39,568 nucleotides of DNA from Pseudomonadota bacterium (GCA_021826425.1 JAKAZY010000002.1:1-39568); one strand, 5' to 3'; shown: positions 1-10,205, numbered from the stretch's first letter. Notes: a model not told the origin generated them from the letters alone. Program-made: numbers and translations.

Positions 1-115
1 ACAGCAACGCTACATCGTTTTCGCCATAGGCCGAGATCAGGCTGTTGCGCAAACTGGAACCGGCGGTCTTTTGAACATGAAGGAAAATATGCCGCGTTGG
101 TGCTGTGTTCACCAT
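1..115 (-). CDS. Sulfotransferase family protein, N-terminal part (runs off the window start)
   Basis: Manual translation from ATG at 115: MVNTAPTRHIFLHVQKTAGSSLRNSLISAYGENDVALL. FLHxxKTAGSS is the 5'-phosphosulfate-binding motif of PAPS sulfotransferases; GGAG lies upstream. Confidence 0.55.
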   Translation of the reverse strand, partial: MVNTAPTRHIFLHVQKTAGSSLRNSLISAYGENDVALL

Positions 116-430
116 ATCTACAACGGCTCCAGGAACGGATTGATCGTTTGATGTCTTTTCATTTATGCTCTTCCATGAAAGCCGCCCGCCCTCTGTCAGA
201 TGATTTGAAGCAATTCAGCAACTGATCCAACAAAGTTTTTGGTTCGCTTAATGGATTGAGAGTTTAAGTGGCTAAGTAGCCATAGCGCAAGCGTTCGGGC
301 TGCACTGTTTCAGGGTGCCGCAAAACATCTGCCGGATGGGCGGCGCGACAAAAATCGCGACCAGGGAGTTGGCAGCTCGCGTCTTCGGTCAAATAGGGAA
401 ATGAAGAAAAAGCCCAAAATTTACAAACTA

Positions 431-447
431 TGGCTAAATTTTAGGCA
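431..447. promoter_or_regulatory. Possible NtrC-type box upstream of the permease
   Basis: TGGCTAAATTTTAGGCA, a 17-bp imperfect palindrome resembling TGC-N11-GCA NtrC sites. A near-sigma54 sequence TAGCATTAATATTGCT at 527-542 has one mismatch in the conserved GG. Confidence 0.25.
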
Positions 448-607
448 AATCTAGGTCGCCGTGCGAACAATCAGTTCCAGCGGGCGTAAATTTGTACTTT
501 TTTGCGCTAATTTTATGTTTACTGCCTAGCATTAATATTGCTACACAATAAAAAAACTCAAAGTCTGCCGCTTCTATTAATCAATTATAAAGCACTGAGG
601 AGTTGCT

Positions 608-2332
608 GTGAGCGAAATGACCGTGCCGCTTGGGCAGAGTAAAGCTGAATCCGCTTCCCTACATCGTAGTATAGACTGGAAAGGGGCCTTCTGGGTAGCC
701 AGTGGCGTGCCTGCTCTGGTGCTATTCTCTATCGGCGGCATCTCCGCCATGGTTGGTAACCTTGCCTTCGTGGTCTGGGCGGCCTCCATGTGCATGGGCT
801 TCGTGCAATCCTTCACCTACGCCGAAATTGCCGGGCTGTTTCCAAATAAATCAGGTGGGGCCTCGGTTTACGGTGCCGCCGCCTGGGTGCGCTATAGCAA
901 GCTCATCGCCCCACTCTCGGTATGGTGCAACTGGTTTGCCTGGTCACCGGTTCTTTCGCTGGGGTGCACCATCGCCGCGGCCTATATCCTTAATGCGTTT
1001 GCGCCCATCCCCGCCGCAGGGTCGCCGGAAGTGGCGGCCTGGATTGCCGCGCATGGAGCGGGTATTGCCGGTGGTGCGACAGCGCAAACGGCCGCGGCCA
1101 TTGCAGCGCTAACGCCGGAGATCCGTAACTGGACGTTGCTGACCCACACGCTTGGTCCTGTCGGTTTTTCACTCAACGCCACCTTCTTTATTGGCGTTAT
1201 CCTCATGCTGACCTGTTTCTCCATTCAGCATCGCGGCATATTTGGCACTGCGAGTGTGCAGAAATATATAGGCCTGCTGGTGATTGTGCCGATGCTTATC
1301 GTCGGCGTTGTGCCGCTGTTCAACGGGCATGTGAATTACGGCAATTTCTTGCCGCTGGCACCGCTCAACGCCACAAGCACAGGGCCGCTTGTGGGAAGCT
1401 GGGGCGTTTCCAACTGGACCATGATTCTGGGCGCCATGTTCATCGCCGCCTGGTCAACCTACGGCTTTGAAACTGCGGTGTGCTACACTTCTGAGTTCCG
1501 CAATCCGGGTACGGATACGTTCAAGGCCATTTTCTATTCCGGCCTGCTCTGCCTTGTCCTGTTCATCCTGGTGCCGTTTACCTTCCAGGGCGCGCTGGGA
1601 CTGACCGGCATGCTGGACCCCTCGATCGCCAGCGGTTCCGGCGTTGCCGCGGCCATGGCGACAATGGTCGGCGGTGGCGCAATCATCCACTCGGTCATGG
1701 TCATGCTCATGATTCTGGCGCTGATGCTGTCCATCATGACAGCGATGGCGGGGTCTTCGCGCACGCTCTATCAAGGCTCGGTTGATGGCTGGTTGCCCCG
1801 CTATCTGAGTTTCGTGAACAAACATGGCGCGCCGACGCGGGCCATGTGGACAGATCTGGTCGCCAATTTGCTTCTTCTGGCAATTGCCTCCACCGATGCG
1901 ACCAGCTTCTTCTTTATCCTGGCGGTTTCCAATGTTGGTTATATCATCTTCAACTTCCTGAACCTGAATTCCGGCTGGATTCACCGCATAGACTCTGGCG
2001 CCACCGCCCGTCCATACCGGGCGCCAACTTGGCTGCTCGGGTTGGGCTCGGTGTTCGCCTTCGTCAACGCTATGTTCTTGGGGGCGGGCGCCAAGACCTG
2101 GAACCCGGATGCGCTGTGGGCCGGCTTTGGTTTTGCAGCCTTGATACTTCCGGTTTTCTGCTTCCGCCACTTTCTGCAGGACAAGGGTAAATTTCCTGAT
2201 CAGATGCTGGAAGACCTGCATGTCGGCGGGTCTGGCGATGTGACGACAAAACGTGCCGGCCTGCTGCCCTATTTTACCCTGGTTGCCGGTGTGGTCGTTG
2301 TTCTAGTTTCAAACTGGTTCTTCCATTTGTAG
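608..2332 (+). CDS. tmoP: APC-family permease, TMAO/methylamine permease (TmoP-like)
   Basis: 574 aa, many hydrophobic segments, APC motifs YAEIAGLFPNKSGGASVYG and WSTYGFETAVCYTSEF; GGAG RBS before GTG; adjacent to tdm/dmm/tmm as in Methylocella silvestris. Confidence 0.8.
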   Translation: MSEMTVPLGQSKAESASLHRSIDWKGAFWVASGVPALVLFSIGGISAMVGNLAFVVWAASMCMGFVQSFTYAEIAGLFPNKSGGASVYGAAAWVRYSKLIAPLSVWCNWFAWSPVLSLGCTIAAAYILNAFAPIPAAGSPEVAAWIAAHGAGIAGGATAQTAAAIAALTPEIRNWTLLTHTLGPVGFSLNATFFIGVILMLTCFSIQHRGIFGTASVQKYIGLLVIVPMLIVGVVPLFNGHVNYGNFLPLAPLNATSTGPLVGSWGVSNWTMILGAMFIAAWSTYGFETAVCYTSEFRNPGTDTFKAIFYSGLLCLVLFILVPFTFQGALGLTGMLDPSIASGSGVAAAMATMVGGGAIIHSVMVMLMILALMLSIMTAMAGSSRTLYQGSVDGWLPRYLSFVNKHGAPTRAMWTDLVANLLLLAIASTDATSFFFILAVSNVGYIIFNFLNLNSGWIHRIDSGATARPYRAPTWLLGLGSVFAFVNAMFLGAGAKTWNPDALWAGFGFAALILPVFCFRHFLQDKGKFPDQMLEDLHVGGSGDVTTKRAGLLPYFTLVAGVVVVLVSNWFFHL

Positions 2333-2359
2333 TCGCTTGCAGATATGCAAATGAAACTG

Positions 2360-2389
2360 AAAAGCCGGAGCGTAGCTCCGGCTTTTTTT
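2360..2389 (+). terminator. Intrinsic terminator after the permease
   Basis: AAAAGCCGGAGC-GTA-GCTCCGGCTTTTTTT hairpin followed by a U tract. Confidence 0.85.
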
Positions 2390-2398
2390 GTGAGCGGT

Positions 2399-2446
2399 TT
2401 GACAAGCGGATATTCTTGTATATTATTATTTGTAATTTATAAGAAA
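2399..2446 (+). promoter_or_regulatory. sigma70-like promoter of tdm with overlapping inverted operator
   Basis: TTGACA (2399-2404), 16 nt, TATTAT; TTCTTGTA (2413-2420)-N17-TATAAGAA (2438-2445). Confidence 0.55.
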
Positions 2447-2480
2447 CTTACCGCGTTTAGCTGTGAGGAATTAAACTTGC

Positions 2481-4586
2481 ATGGACTCATCTGCCAATCT
2501 TGAGACCTTTTATCTGAGAGGCGGACATTCTGTTTCCTTGGTTTTGCGCTCGGGGGAAGCGGTCGAACTGTGCGATGAGCAGGGCGGGCAGTCTTGCGTA
2601 ATCTCCGTGGATGGGCAGGCGCCCATGCATGTGCTGGATGAAGAGGCTTTGCCCGGCGCCACGTTTGAGTTTAGCGCCGCCGCTGCATGCCAATTGGAGA
2701 TTACGGCCATCGGCGCGCCGATGCAGCCGCACGAGCAGAATCCTCCCACCGACCTGCGCCTGACCATTGCACGAAATGAACGAGCTTTGCCGCCAGTTTT
2801 AGGAAAACTGAAGGCGGAGATTCTTGTGCGCGCGGCGACGGCGCAAGCCTACACGGTCGAAGCTGGCGAATATATCCAGATCATCGATCTGGATGGCCAG
2901 CAATGCTCAGATTTTTTGGCTTTTGATCCGGTTGCTCCCGAGCATGGGCTGGATGCGACCACCACGCGTACGCTGAACGGGCATGTGTATCCTGGCCCTG
3001 GCCTCTACGCGAAGTTTTTTGATGATCGTATGCTGCCATATGTTGAGGTGATTCGCGACACGTGCGGTCGCCACGACACATTCGGGCTAGCCTGCAACGC
3101 GAAATCCTATGATGATGCCGGGTATCCGGGCCACGACAATTGCTCGGATAATTTCAACCTTGTTTTGTCTGAATACGGTATCGCGCCGCGCCCTGGCTGG
3201 CCGGCGATAAATTTTTTCTTCAATACGCAGGTGGCGCAGGATGGCGCGATTGTGGCGGATGAAGCCTGGTCCCGCCCTGGCGATTATGTGTTGCTGCGCG
3301 CGATGCGGGATTTAATCTGCGCCAATTCTTCTTGCGCCGATGACGTGTTCACCACTAACGGTTATAATCCAACTGATATTCTCGTCAGAATTTACGATAA
3401 GTCTGAGGTTTTCTCTAAGGGAATTGCACATCGCATGACACCGGATTCTGAGCCGCGCCTGACCCGGGAGAGTGGATTTCATCCCGCCACCTCGGCATTA
3501 ACGCGGCATTACATAGAGAGTAATGGTTTCTGGCTGCCCGCCAGCTTCACCGCCACCGGCACCGTGGCCGAATACACAGCCTGCCGTGAGGATGTGGTGG
3601 TGATCGATCTTTCGACACTGCGTAAATTTGAAATCACCGGGCCGGATGCCGAAAATCTTTTGGCCCTGGCAATGACGCGCAATATCCGCAAGCTGAGCAT
3701 TGGCCAGGTGGTGTACACGGCCTTGTGCTATGAAAATGGCTGCATGCTCGACGATGGTACGGTCATGCGGCTTGCCGCGAATAATTTCCGACTCATCTGC
3801 GGTTCTGATTATTCCGGCGTATGGCTGCGTGATCTCGCCCGCGCCAATAATTTGCGGGCGTTTGTGCGCAGCTCTACCGACCAGTTGCATAACGTGGCGC
3901 TACAGGGGCCGCGTTCACGCGACCTGCTGGCACCGTTGATTTTTACGCCACCGGCACAAGCCAGCATAGCCGAGTTGAAATGGTTCCGCTTTACCATCGG
4001 ACGCCTTGGCGGACCGCAGGGCATTCCGCTGGTCATATCGCGTACTGGCTATACCGGGGAGCTCGGCTATGAGATCTGGGTGCATCCGAGCAATGCGGTT
4101 GAATTATGGAACGCGCTGACCGCTGCTGGCGCGATGCCCATGGGGTTTGAAGCGCTCAATATGCTGCGCATCGAAGCCGGGTTGATTCTCGCCGGACATG
4201 AATTTTCCGACGAGACGGATCCGTTTGAAGCTGGTATCGGCTTTGCTGTGGCGGATCGGGAAGAAAATTTCATCGGCCGTGATGCCCTGCGCCGGCGGGC
4301 CGCCAATCCTCTGCGCAAGCTGGTTGGCCTGCTTATCGAGGGGGGAGAGCCTGTGCATCATGGCGACTGTGTGCATGTTGGTAGAGCGCAAATTGGCGTG
4401 GTTACCAGCGCCATGCGTTCTCCGGTGCTGCATGAGTCAATCGCACTGGCGCGAGTGGATGCACATTACGCCGACATCGGCACGGCGCTGGAGATCGGCA
4501 AGCTTGATGGCCAGCAAAAACGGCTACAGGCGAAGATCGTCCGCTTTCCGCACTACGACCCGGATAAATCCAGAGTCCGTGCATGA
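2481..4586 (+). CDS. tdm: Trimethylamine N-oxide demethylase (DUF1989 + GcvT-like aminomethyltransferase domain)
   Basis: 701 aa; DUF1989 motifs QCSDFLAF, GRHDTFGLAC, GHDNCSDNFN, ANSSCADD (three putative Zn-ligand Cys), then GcvT-like domain (DDGTV, SRTGYTGELGYE, LRIEAGL); tmm/dmm context. Confidence 0.9.
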   Translation: MDSSANLETFYLRGGHSVSLVLRSGEAVELCDEQGGQSCVISVDGQAPMHVLDEEALPGATFEFSAAAACQLEITAIGAPMQPHEQNPPTDLRLTIARNERALPPVLGKLKAEILVRAATAQAYTVEAGEYIQIIDLDGQQCSDFLAFDPVAPEHGLDATTTRTLNGHVYPGPGLYAKFFDDRMLPYVEVIRDTCGRHDTFGLACNAKSYDDAGYPGHDNCSDNFNLVLSEYGIAPRPGWPAINFFFNTQVAQDGAIVADEAWSRPGDYVLLRAMRDLICANSSCADDVFTTNGYNPTDILVRIYDKSEVFSKGIAHRMTPDSEPRLTRESGFHPATSALTRHYIESNGFWLPASFTATGTVAEYTACREDVVVIDLSTLRKFEITGPDAENLLALAMTRNIRKLSIGQVVYTALCYENGCMLDDGTVMRLAANNFRLICGSDYSGVWLRDLARANNLRAFVRSSTDQLHNVALQGPRSRDLLAPLIFTPPAQASIAELKWFRFTIGRLGGPQGIPLVISRTGYTGELGYEIWVHPSNAVELWNALTAAGAMPMGFEALNMLRIEAGLILAGHEFSDETDPFEAGIGFAVADREENFIGRDALRRRAANPLRKLVGLLIEGGEPVHHGDCVHVGRAQIGVVTSAMRSPVLHESIALARVDAHYADIGTALEIGKLDGQQKRLQAKIVRFPHYDPDKSRVRA

Positions 4587-4654
4587 TCGTCGTTCGAGAA
4601 AATTTTGAATGTTTCCAAGGATATGAAGGAAGCGCTCCAATTGCCAGTTTCTAA

Positions 4655-4700
4655 TTGACAGGGACATTCTTGTAAATTACCTTCGATAACCACGAAGAAT
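4655..4700 (+). promoter_or_regulatory. sigma70-like promoter of dmmDABC with the same operator-like motif
   Basis: TTGACA (4655-4660), 17 nt, TACCTT; TTCTTGTA (4667-4674)-N17-ACGAAGAA (4692-4699). Confidence 0.5.
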
Positions 4701-4773
4701 TTTTTGGTGCTGGCAGCGTCCAGTCGGCACCCCCGCGAATTGGGAATTCATAATCACAACAAAAGGCCATAGC

Positions 4774-5895
4774 ATGACCCGTTCCTGGCGCCACGCCGTT
4801 CTTGCCTCTCGCCACCGCGCTCTTGGTTCCGCTCTTGAAGACTGGAACGGTATGCCAACGGCCTGGACATATAAAACCGATGTCCAGGACCACCATGTGG
4901 CCATCCGCACCAAAGCGGGCCTTATGGATGTTTCGGGACTGAAAAAAATTCATCTGCATGGGCCACATGCCTCGGGCGTGCTGGATTATCTGACCACGCG
5001 TGATGTTTCCAAGATCACACCGGGCAAGTCCGCCTATTGCTGCTTCCTGAACGAAGCTGGCAAGTTCATCGACGACGGCATTCTCTATCGTACCGGGCCG
5101 AACTCCTGGTTTGTGGTGCATGGTTCGGGCGGCGCGCAACAGGCTATCGCCCAGAGCTGTTATGGGCGCAATGTTTCGATGCTGTTCGATGACGATCTAC
5201 TCGACCTTTCGCTGCAGGGACCGTTGGCTGTCGATTATCTTGCCAAGCATGTTCCGGGTATCCGCGAATTGAAATATTTTGGCCATATGGGCACCACGCT
5301 GTTTGGCAAGCCGGTGATGATCTCGCGCACCGGCTATACCGGTGAGCGCGGCTACGAAATTTTTTGCAAGGCCGAAGATGCCGAGCTGATCTGGGACACG
5401 ATCCTGGCGGAAGGCGCGGAAATGGGGATTGTGCCGTGTTGCTTCACGGCACTCGACCTGCTGCGTACGGAAAGCTATCTGCTCTTCTACCCTTATGACA
5501 ATTCCGAGATGTATCCCTTCGAAAATGAAGCGCCTGGCGATACACTCTGGGAGTTGGGGCTTGATTTCACGGTATCGCCGGGCAAAACCGGCTTCCGCGG
5601 CGCGGAAGAGCATTATCGCCTCAAGGGCAAGGAGCGCTTCAAAATCTTCGGTCTTCTGCTTGAAGGCGATAAGGCCGCCGCGGCGGGCGACGCGGTCGTC
5701 GCGGATGGCAAGAACGTGGGTGTGGTCACCTGCCCGATGGTCTCGACGTTGACAGGCAAGTCCATGGCCATTGCGCGGCTGGATGTCGGCGTTGCCGTGC
5801 AGGGCAAGCCAGTTACCGTTGGCGGTATTCGCGGCGTCACTCATGCCCTGCCATTCGACGATCCGAAAAAAGCCAAGCGGACGGCTATAGGCTGA
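4774..5895 (+). CDS. dmmD: THF-binding aminomethyltransferase subunit of dimethylamine monooxygenase
   Basis: 373 aa GcvT-like (DVSGLKK, FIDDG, SRTGYTGERGYEIF); first gene of the 4-gene dmm operon. Confidence 0.85.
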   Translation: MTRSWRHAVLASRHRALGSALEDWNGMPTAWTYKTDVQDHHVAIRTKAGLMDVSGLKKIHLHGPHASGVLDYLTTRDVSKITPGKSAYCCFLNEAGKFIDDGILYRTGPNSWFVVHGSGGAQQAIAQSCYGRNVSMLFDDDLLDLSLQGPLAVDYLAKHVPGIRELKYFGHMGTTLFGKPVMISRTGYTGERGYEIFCKAEDAELIWDTILAEGAEMGIVPCCFTALDLLRTESYLLFYPYDNSEMYPFENEAPGDTLWELGLDFTVSPGKTGFRGAEEHYRLKGKERFKIFGLLLEGDKAAAAGDAVVADGKNVGVVTCPMVSTLTGKSMAIARLDVGVAVQGKPVTVGGIRGVTHALPFDDPKKAKRTAIG

Positions 5896-5898
5896 GCC

Positions 5899-6450
5899 AT
5901 GAGGAGCCGCCCCCAATATGCGCCTTTCAAGCTTGACCCGAGTGGACGTGCGCATCTTGTTGTAACCAGCCTCGACACGCCACCTGAGGGGATCGATAAT
6001 TCGCTCGCAAATATTGAAACCTGGGTGGTGAAGCATCTGGGCGCTGGCGTGCCCGCGCCGGCCACGCCGTGCGCTCGACCGTTTCGTTCCAGTACGGAGC
6101 TGCTCACGCAGCTAAGCCACCGGCTGCAGCGCGAAACGGCAGGGCTGCGGCTTTATGCCATCGGCTCGGAGGCATTTGTTTGGGATGTCCATAATGCCGC
6201 GACGGCACTGGGTATGCATCCGTCGGAAATTTTTCTGCATCGCGCTGGCGCTTTGCATCGCCGTGTCTACTGCACACATTGCCGGACGATCATTGAGGAC
6301 GTGCCTGTAAACATTGTCACATGCCCATGCTGTGAGGCGAATCTGTTCGTGCGCGACCATTTCTCCAAGCGTCTCGCCGCTTTCATGGGCATAAAGGTGG
6401 ATGCCGAGGTTCCTGGTGAAGTTCCGCAAGCAGAGGTGTTTATGTCATGA
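5899..6450 (+). CDS. dmmA: Dimethylamine monooxygenase subunit DmmA
   Basis: 183 aa; N-terminal SRPxY, GLRLYAIGSEAFVW, C-terminal RRVYCTHC...CPCC...VRDHFSKRLAAFMG typical of DmmA; overlaps the next gene (ATGA). Confidence 0.85.
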   Translation: MRSRPQYAPFKLDPSGRAHLVVTSLDTPPEGIDNSLANIETWVVKHLGAGVPAPATPCARPFRSSTELLTQLSHRLQRETAGLRLYAIGSEAFVWDVHNAATALGMHPSEIFLHRAGALHRRVYCTHCRTIIEDVPVNIVTCPCCEANLFVRDHFSKRLAAFMGIKVDAEVPGEVPQAEVFMS

Positions 6451-7361
6451 GGCTCAAGATCAGCGGCATCGAGGCCTTTAGCCCTGGCATCCGTAAATTC
6501 ACATTGACGCCGCTCGATGGCAACTCGCTGCCTTGTGCGGGAGCGGGCTCGCATATCTTGCTGGATATTCCTGGCCCGGAGCGAGTGTGGAAGAACGCCT
6601 ATTCCATTACGTCCGCGGCCAACGCGCCGGCCTATGAGATTATGGTACGCCGCGTAGAAAAATCCCGCGGCGGTTCAGCCTGGCTGCATGACCATGCCAA
6701 ATTGGGCGATGTGCTCGACGTGCAGCCGCCACAAAATCTATTTGCGCCATCGCATCTGGCCAAGCGGCATCTTTTGCTTTCGGCTGGCATTGGCATCACG
6801 CCATTCTTGTCTTACCTGAAGCTTCCTGACTTTAAATACGAGCTTCACCATTGCTGCAAACTTGAGGACGAGGCGGCTTTTCGGTCCATATTGCCGGCCG
6901 GCCCCAGTGTGACGCTGCATACCAGCCGCAGCACGCTGGACGTGGAGCATTTGTTGAAAAGCCAGAGTATCGGCACGCATCTTTCCGTATGCGGGCCAGA
7001 GAGTTTCATGGACATGGTGCTCGCGATTGCGGCGCGGACCGGGTGGCCTGCCCACAAAGTCCACAAGGAGAGCTTTGGCGGCGCGACCGGTGGAGATGGT
7101 TTCACTGTCTATCTGAAACGCTCAGATATGACGATTGAAGTTGGACCCCAGGAATCTGTGCTTGAAGCCATGGAAGCCGCCGGACTTAATCCACCGTGCT
7201 GGTGCCGCGGCGGTGCTTGCGGAGAATGCAAAATTGATGTGCTGGACGGAGTGCCATTGCATCATGACCACTACCTTTCAGATGCAGAGAAGGCCTCCAA
7301 TCGTGCCATCATGATCTGCGTCTCGCGCGCGAAAACCCCCGAACTGGTATTGGATTTCTGA
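6447..7361 (+). CDS. dmmB: PDR/VanB-type FMN/2Fe-2S reductase subunit of dimethylamine monooxygenase
   Basis: 304 aa; NAYSI, SRGGS, AGIGITPF, VCGP and C-terminal CRGGACGEC...ICVSRA ferredoxin motif. Confidence 0.9.
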   Translation: MRLKISGIEAFSPGIRKFTLTPLDGNSLPCAGAGSHILLDIPGPERVWKNAYSITSAANAPAYEIMVRRVEKSRGGSAWLHDHAKLGDVLDVQPPQNLFAPSHLAKRHLLLSAGIGITPFLSYLKLPDFKYELHHCCKLEDEAAFRSILPAGPSVTLHTSRSTLDVEHLLKSQSIGTHLSVCGPESFMDMVLAIAARTGWPAHKVHKESFGGATGGDGFTVYLKRSDMTIEVGPQESVLEAMEAAGLNPPCWCRGGACGECKIDVLDGVPLHHDHYLSDAEKASNRAIMICVSRAKTPELVLDF

Positions 7362-7365
7362 TCTC

Positions 7366-8421
7366 ATGAACCTGATCCTGAAGCCTGCCGAAACCTTCCG
7401 CAATGATTACACGTTCAGTAATTCTGACGATGGGATCCTGCGTTTTCCTTTTCCATTTGCTGAAGACAGCTACATGTATTCAGTGAACATGGAGCCCCAT
7501 GTTCGCGGCGGCCCGACACGGGCTTATGATGCGATGTTCGACCTTGATGAACATTATGTTGGCGATATGGCTGACCGCGCCATAACGCTGGAGCAGGATC
7601 CGCTGCGCTGCCAGGTGTTGCCTCACATGGCGGATGCCGAGTGGGATACGCTGGAACTTTTGATGGAGAGTCTCCATACCGATTATCCCGAGCATTTCAG
7701 CCTGACCAAGGATGGCGATGCGTGGCACTGGATCAACAAGCCGCTGGGCATTGACCAGAAATTTATTTTCGGCCGCGCGGAGACACTGCCATACGCGCCG
7801 TTTGAATATATCACGCGCCAGGTGCAGGGAGATTTTTCTGTCCAGGATCAGCGCGATGGTACGCTGTACATGGATGGCGGCATGATCACCAGCCAGGCGG
7901 ACTGGTCGCTGAATTTTGACATTGGCATGGCCTTTCATGAATGGCACGCACCGGTGCCACTGGCCCATGATAGCGGCGTGTTTGACCGAGCACTGCAGTA
8001 TCTTTTGCGGCTTCAATGCGGCCAACCTGTGCGCCGCCTGAACTGGACGATGACGGCCAATCCGCGGCTGGATACATCGCCAGAAAATTACCCCCTTTGG
8101 GGCCCAGAAAAGGCAGCGATCACGGCTGAAAATGCCGGGCATCGGCTGTGCCTGCGTGTAGAGTTGCAGACGCTTCACCGGTTGCCGCGCAGCAACGCTA
8201 TTTTGTTTGGTATTCGCGGCTATCTGATCCGTCTGGAAGAATTGGCCAGAGTGAAAAAATGGGCCGCCCGCATGCACCGCGTTGTTCGGGATCTGCATCC
8301 TAAAATCGCTGAGTATAAAGGCTTGGCACGAAACCGAGACTATGTGGTCGAATATTTTGCACAATTTGACGCCGGGCAAAGCCTGAACAAGGGGACAGAG
8401 CCGGAGCAGGACAGTCTCTGA
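7366..8421 (+). CDS. dmmC: Heme-dependent oxidative N-demethylase alpha subunit (DUF3445)
   Basis: 351 aa; RFPFPFAEDSYMYSVN, QVQGDF, EWHAPVP, RLNWTMT, LRVELQTL motifs of the HDOD/DUF3445 family. Confidence 0.88.
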   Translation: MNLILKPAETFRNDYTFSNSDDGILRFPFPFAEDSYMYSVNMEPHVRGGPTRAYDAMFDLDEHYVGDMADRAITLEQDPLRCQVLPHMADAEWDTLELLMESLHTDYPEHFSLTKDGDAWHWINKPLGIDQKFIFGRAETLPYAPFEYITRQVQGDFSVQDQRDGTLYMDGGMITSQADWSLNFDIGMAFHEWHAPVPLAHDSGVFDRALQYLLRLQCGQPVRRLNWTMTANPRLDTSPENYPLWGPEKAAITAENAGHRLCLRVELQTLHRLPRSNAILFGIRGYLIRLEELARVKKWAARMHRVVRDLHPKIAEYKGLARNRDYVVEYFAQFDAGQSLNKGTEPEQDSL

Positions 8422-8422
8422 A

Positions 8423-8450
8423 TTTGTATCTTGAATTTTGTATCTTGAAT
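8423..8450. repeat. Exact 14-bp tandem duplication
   Basis: TTTGTATCTTGAAT twice, immediately after the dmmC stop. Confidence 0.8.
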
Positions 8451-8483
8451 AAAGCCCCCGAGTTTGCAGCTCGGGGGTTTTTT
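8451..8483 (+). terminator. Intrinsic terminator between convergent dmmC and tmm
   Basis: AAAGCCCCCGAG-TTTGCAG-CTCGGGGGTTTTTT; a second hairpin AAATGCTCCGG...CCGGAGCATTT at about 8504-8534. Confidence 0.75.
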
Positions 8484-8539
8484 GGTGGCAAGTCTCAATA
8501 GAAAAAATGCTCCGGAATGTTTCCCGGAGCATTTGTTTA

Positions 8540-8595
8540 TAAAGCAACCATGAGGTTTGCTCGATGGCGAGCAAACCTCAAATGATCACGCTCTA
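8540..8595. repeat. Half-unit of the TAG...CTA palindromic intergenic repeat family; its end is the tmm stop codon
   Basis: TAAAGC...TGAGGTTTGCTCG-ATGG-CGAGCAAACCTCA...ATCACGCTCTA; the reverse end TAGAGCGTGAT matches the copy near 23072. Confidence 0.55.
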
Positions 8596-9936
8596 ATTAT
8601 TGGCAAGGAAGGATTTCAGGCTGTCCTCCTTCTGCTCCATCCAGGCGGTGTGCAGCGGCGGTGCCAGCGTGCCGGTGATAATGGAGCGGAAGCTGTGGTG
8701 ACGGTAGGTTAATACGTTTTCTTCCTTGTGATGTTTCCATTCCTTGAACTGTTCGGCCATTACTTCCGGTTTGAAATCCGGATAGTCGGTACGGCCCAGC
8801 AGATCGCGGATATAACCACATTGGAAATCAATGCCATCGGCGGGGGTCGTACCCGCCTCTTCTGCCACGCGATAGGCCGCAGAATCGGCCTGCATGTCTT
8901 CAAGAGATGGCAGGCTGACCTTGCCGAGCATTACATCGCGCGCGAACCAGGCCTGAACGTCAAACATATTGAATGTGTAATACTGGTCTTGCATGCCAAG
9001 ATAAAAAAGCTTGGGATTCTTTTCCCATACCACGCCCTTGTAAAGACCCAACGGCCAGAGTCTGTTGTTGGTCTTCAGGCGTAGTTCATCCGGCAGGAAG
9101 GGAAAATGGTGCTGATAGCCGGTGCACAGGATGATGGCATCAACCTCTTTTTTTGTGCCGTCTTTGAAGTGGGCGGTCTTTCCTTCAACCTTCAACAACA
9201 GTGGTACTTCGGAGAAGGCCTCTGGAAAGGCGAAGCCCATCGGGTTGCTGCGGTAGGAGAAGGTGATCTCTTTCGCGCCATATTTGTAGCACTGCGTGCC
9301 AATATCCTCGGAGGAGTATGAGCTGCCAACACATAACACGCGTTTGCCGGCGAATTCGGCGGCATCGCGGAAGTCGTGCGCATGTAGAACGCGGCCCGGG
9401 AATTTATCCAGCCCGGGGAATTCAGGTACATTCGGTGTGGAGAAATGACCAGCGGCAACCACGACATAGTCGAACACCTCGGAATAGAGATGGTCGTTTT
9501 TAAGGTCCCGTACGGTGACGGTAAATTTTCCCGAGGATTCGTCGTAGCTTACGTCGCGGACCGGTGTGCGGAAGCGGATGAAGCGGCGCAGGTTCCCCTT
9601 TTTGACGCGGCCGACGATGTAATCCCACAGCACCTCACGCGGCGGGTAAGAGGGGATCGGCCGGCCGAAATGCTCCTCGAAGGAATAGTCAGCGAATTCG
9701 AGCGCTTCCTTGGGGCCGTTTGACCATAGATAGCGGTACATTGAGCCATGGACCGGCTCGCCATATTCGTCCAGACCAGTGCGCCAAGTATAGTTCCAGA
9801 TGCCGCCCCAATCCTCCTGCTTTTCAAAACAGACGATCTCAGGAATCGCAACCCCTTGCTTCTCAGCCGCCTCGAACGCACGCAATTGGGCCAAGCCGCT
9901 TGGCCCGGCTCCGATAATCGCAACTCGAAAACTCAT
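8593..9936 (-). CDS. tmm: Trimethylamine monooxygenase (bacterial FMO)
   Basis: 447 aa; GAGPSG FAD motif, [28 protein letters not shown] fingerprint [24 protein letters not shown] motif. Confidence 0.93.
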   Translation of the reverse strand: MSFRVAIIGAGPSGLAQLRAFEAAEKQGVAIPEIVCFEKQEDWGGIWNYTWRTGLDEYGEPVHGSMYRYLWSNGPKEALEFADYSFEEHFGRPIPSYPPREVLWDYIVGRVKKGNLRRFIRFRTPVRDVSYDESSGKFTVTVRDLKNDHLYSEVFDYVVVAAGHFSTPNVPEFPGLDKFPGRVLHAHDFRDAAEFAGKRVLCVGSSYSSEDIGTQCYKYGAKEITFSYRSNPMGFAFPEAFSEVPLLLKVEGKTAHFKDGTKKEVDAIILCTGYQHHFPFLPDELRLKTNNRLWPLGLYKGVVWEKNPKLFYLGMQDQYYTFNMFDVQAWFARDVMLGKVSLPSLEDMQADSAAYRVAEEAGTTPADGIDFQCGYIRDLLGRTDYPDFKPEVMAEQFKEWKHHKEENVLTYRHHSFRSIITGTLAPPLHTAWMEQKEDSLKSFLANN

Positions 9937-10205
9937 CTATATGCCTTTGCTAATTGAACGCAGCCTGCGCCATACCAAAAACCCAGCGCGGCACGATGGT
10001 TGAACGCCAATACTTTTTGCGGAGAGTGAAAAGCTTCTCTGGCTTCCTCCCTGATCTGCTGCCACCACAAAAACGTAATAACCGTATGATCAAAATGCAG
10101 GTCATGCAATCGATAAATTAATCACGAAGTAATTAAATTGCACTATAAGAAACGGCTTTGGGGTGGACTCATATTTACGGGAAACAATCTTTCTTCTAAG
10201 GTTAT

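Noticed and set aside
8423-8450. 14-bp tandem repeat as a possible CRISPR or regulatory array
   Set aside because: Only two abutting copies with no spacer; most likely a slippage duplication.
7480-8574. 364-aa minus-strand ORF (also 1454-2221, 5197-6036, 23223-23975, 24099-25028, 37312-38064)
   Set aside because: Antisense shadows of well-supported genes in GC-rich DNA; no recognisable motifs.
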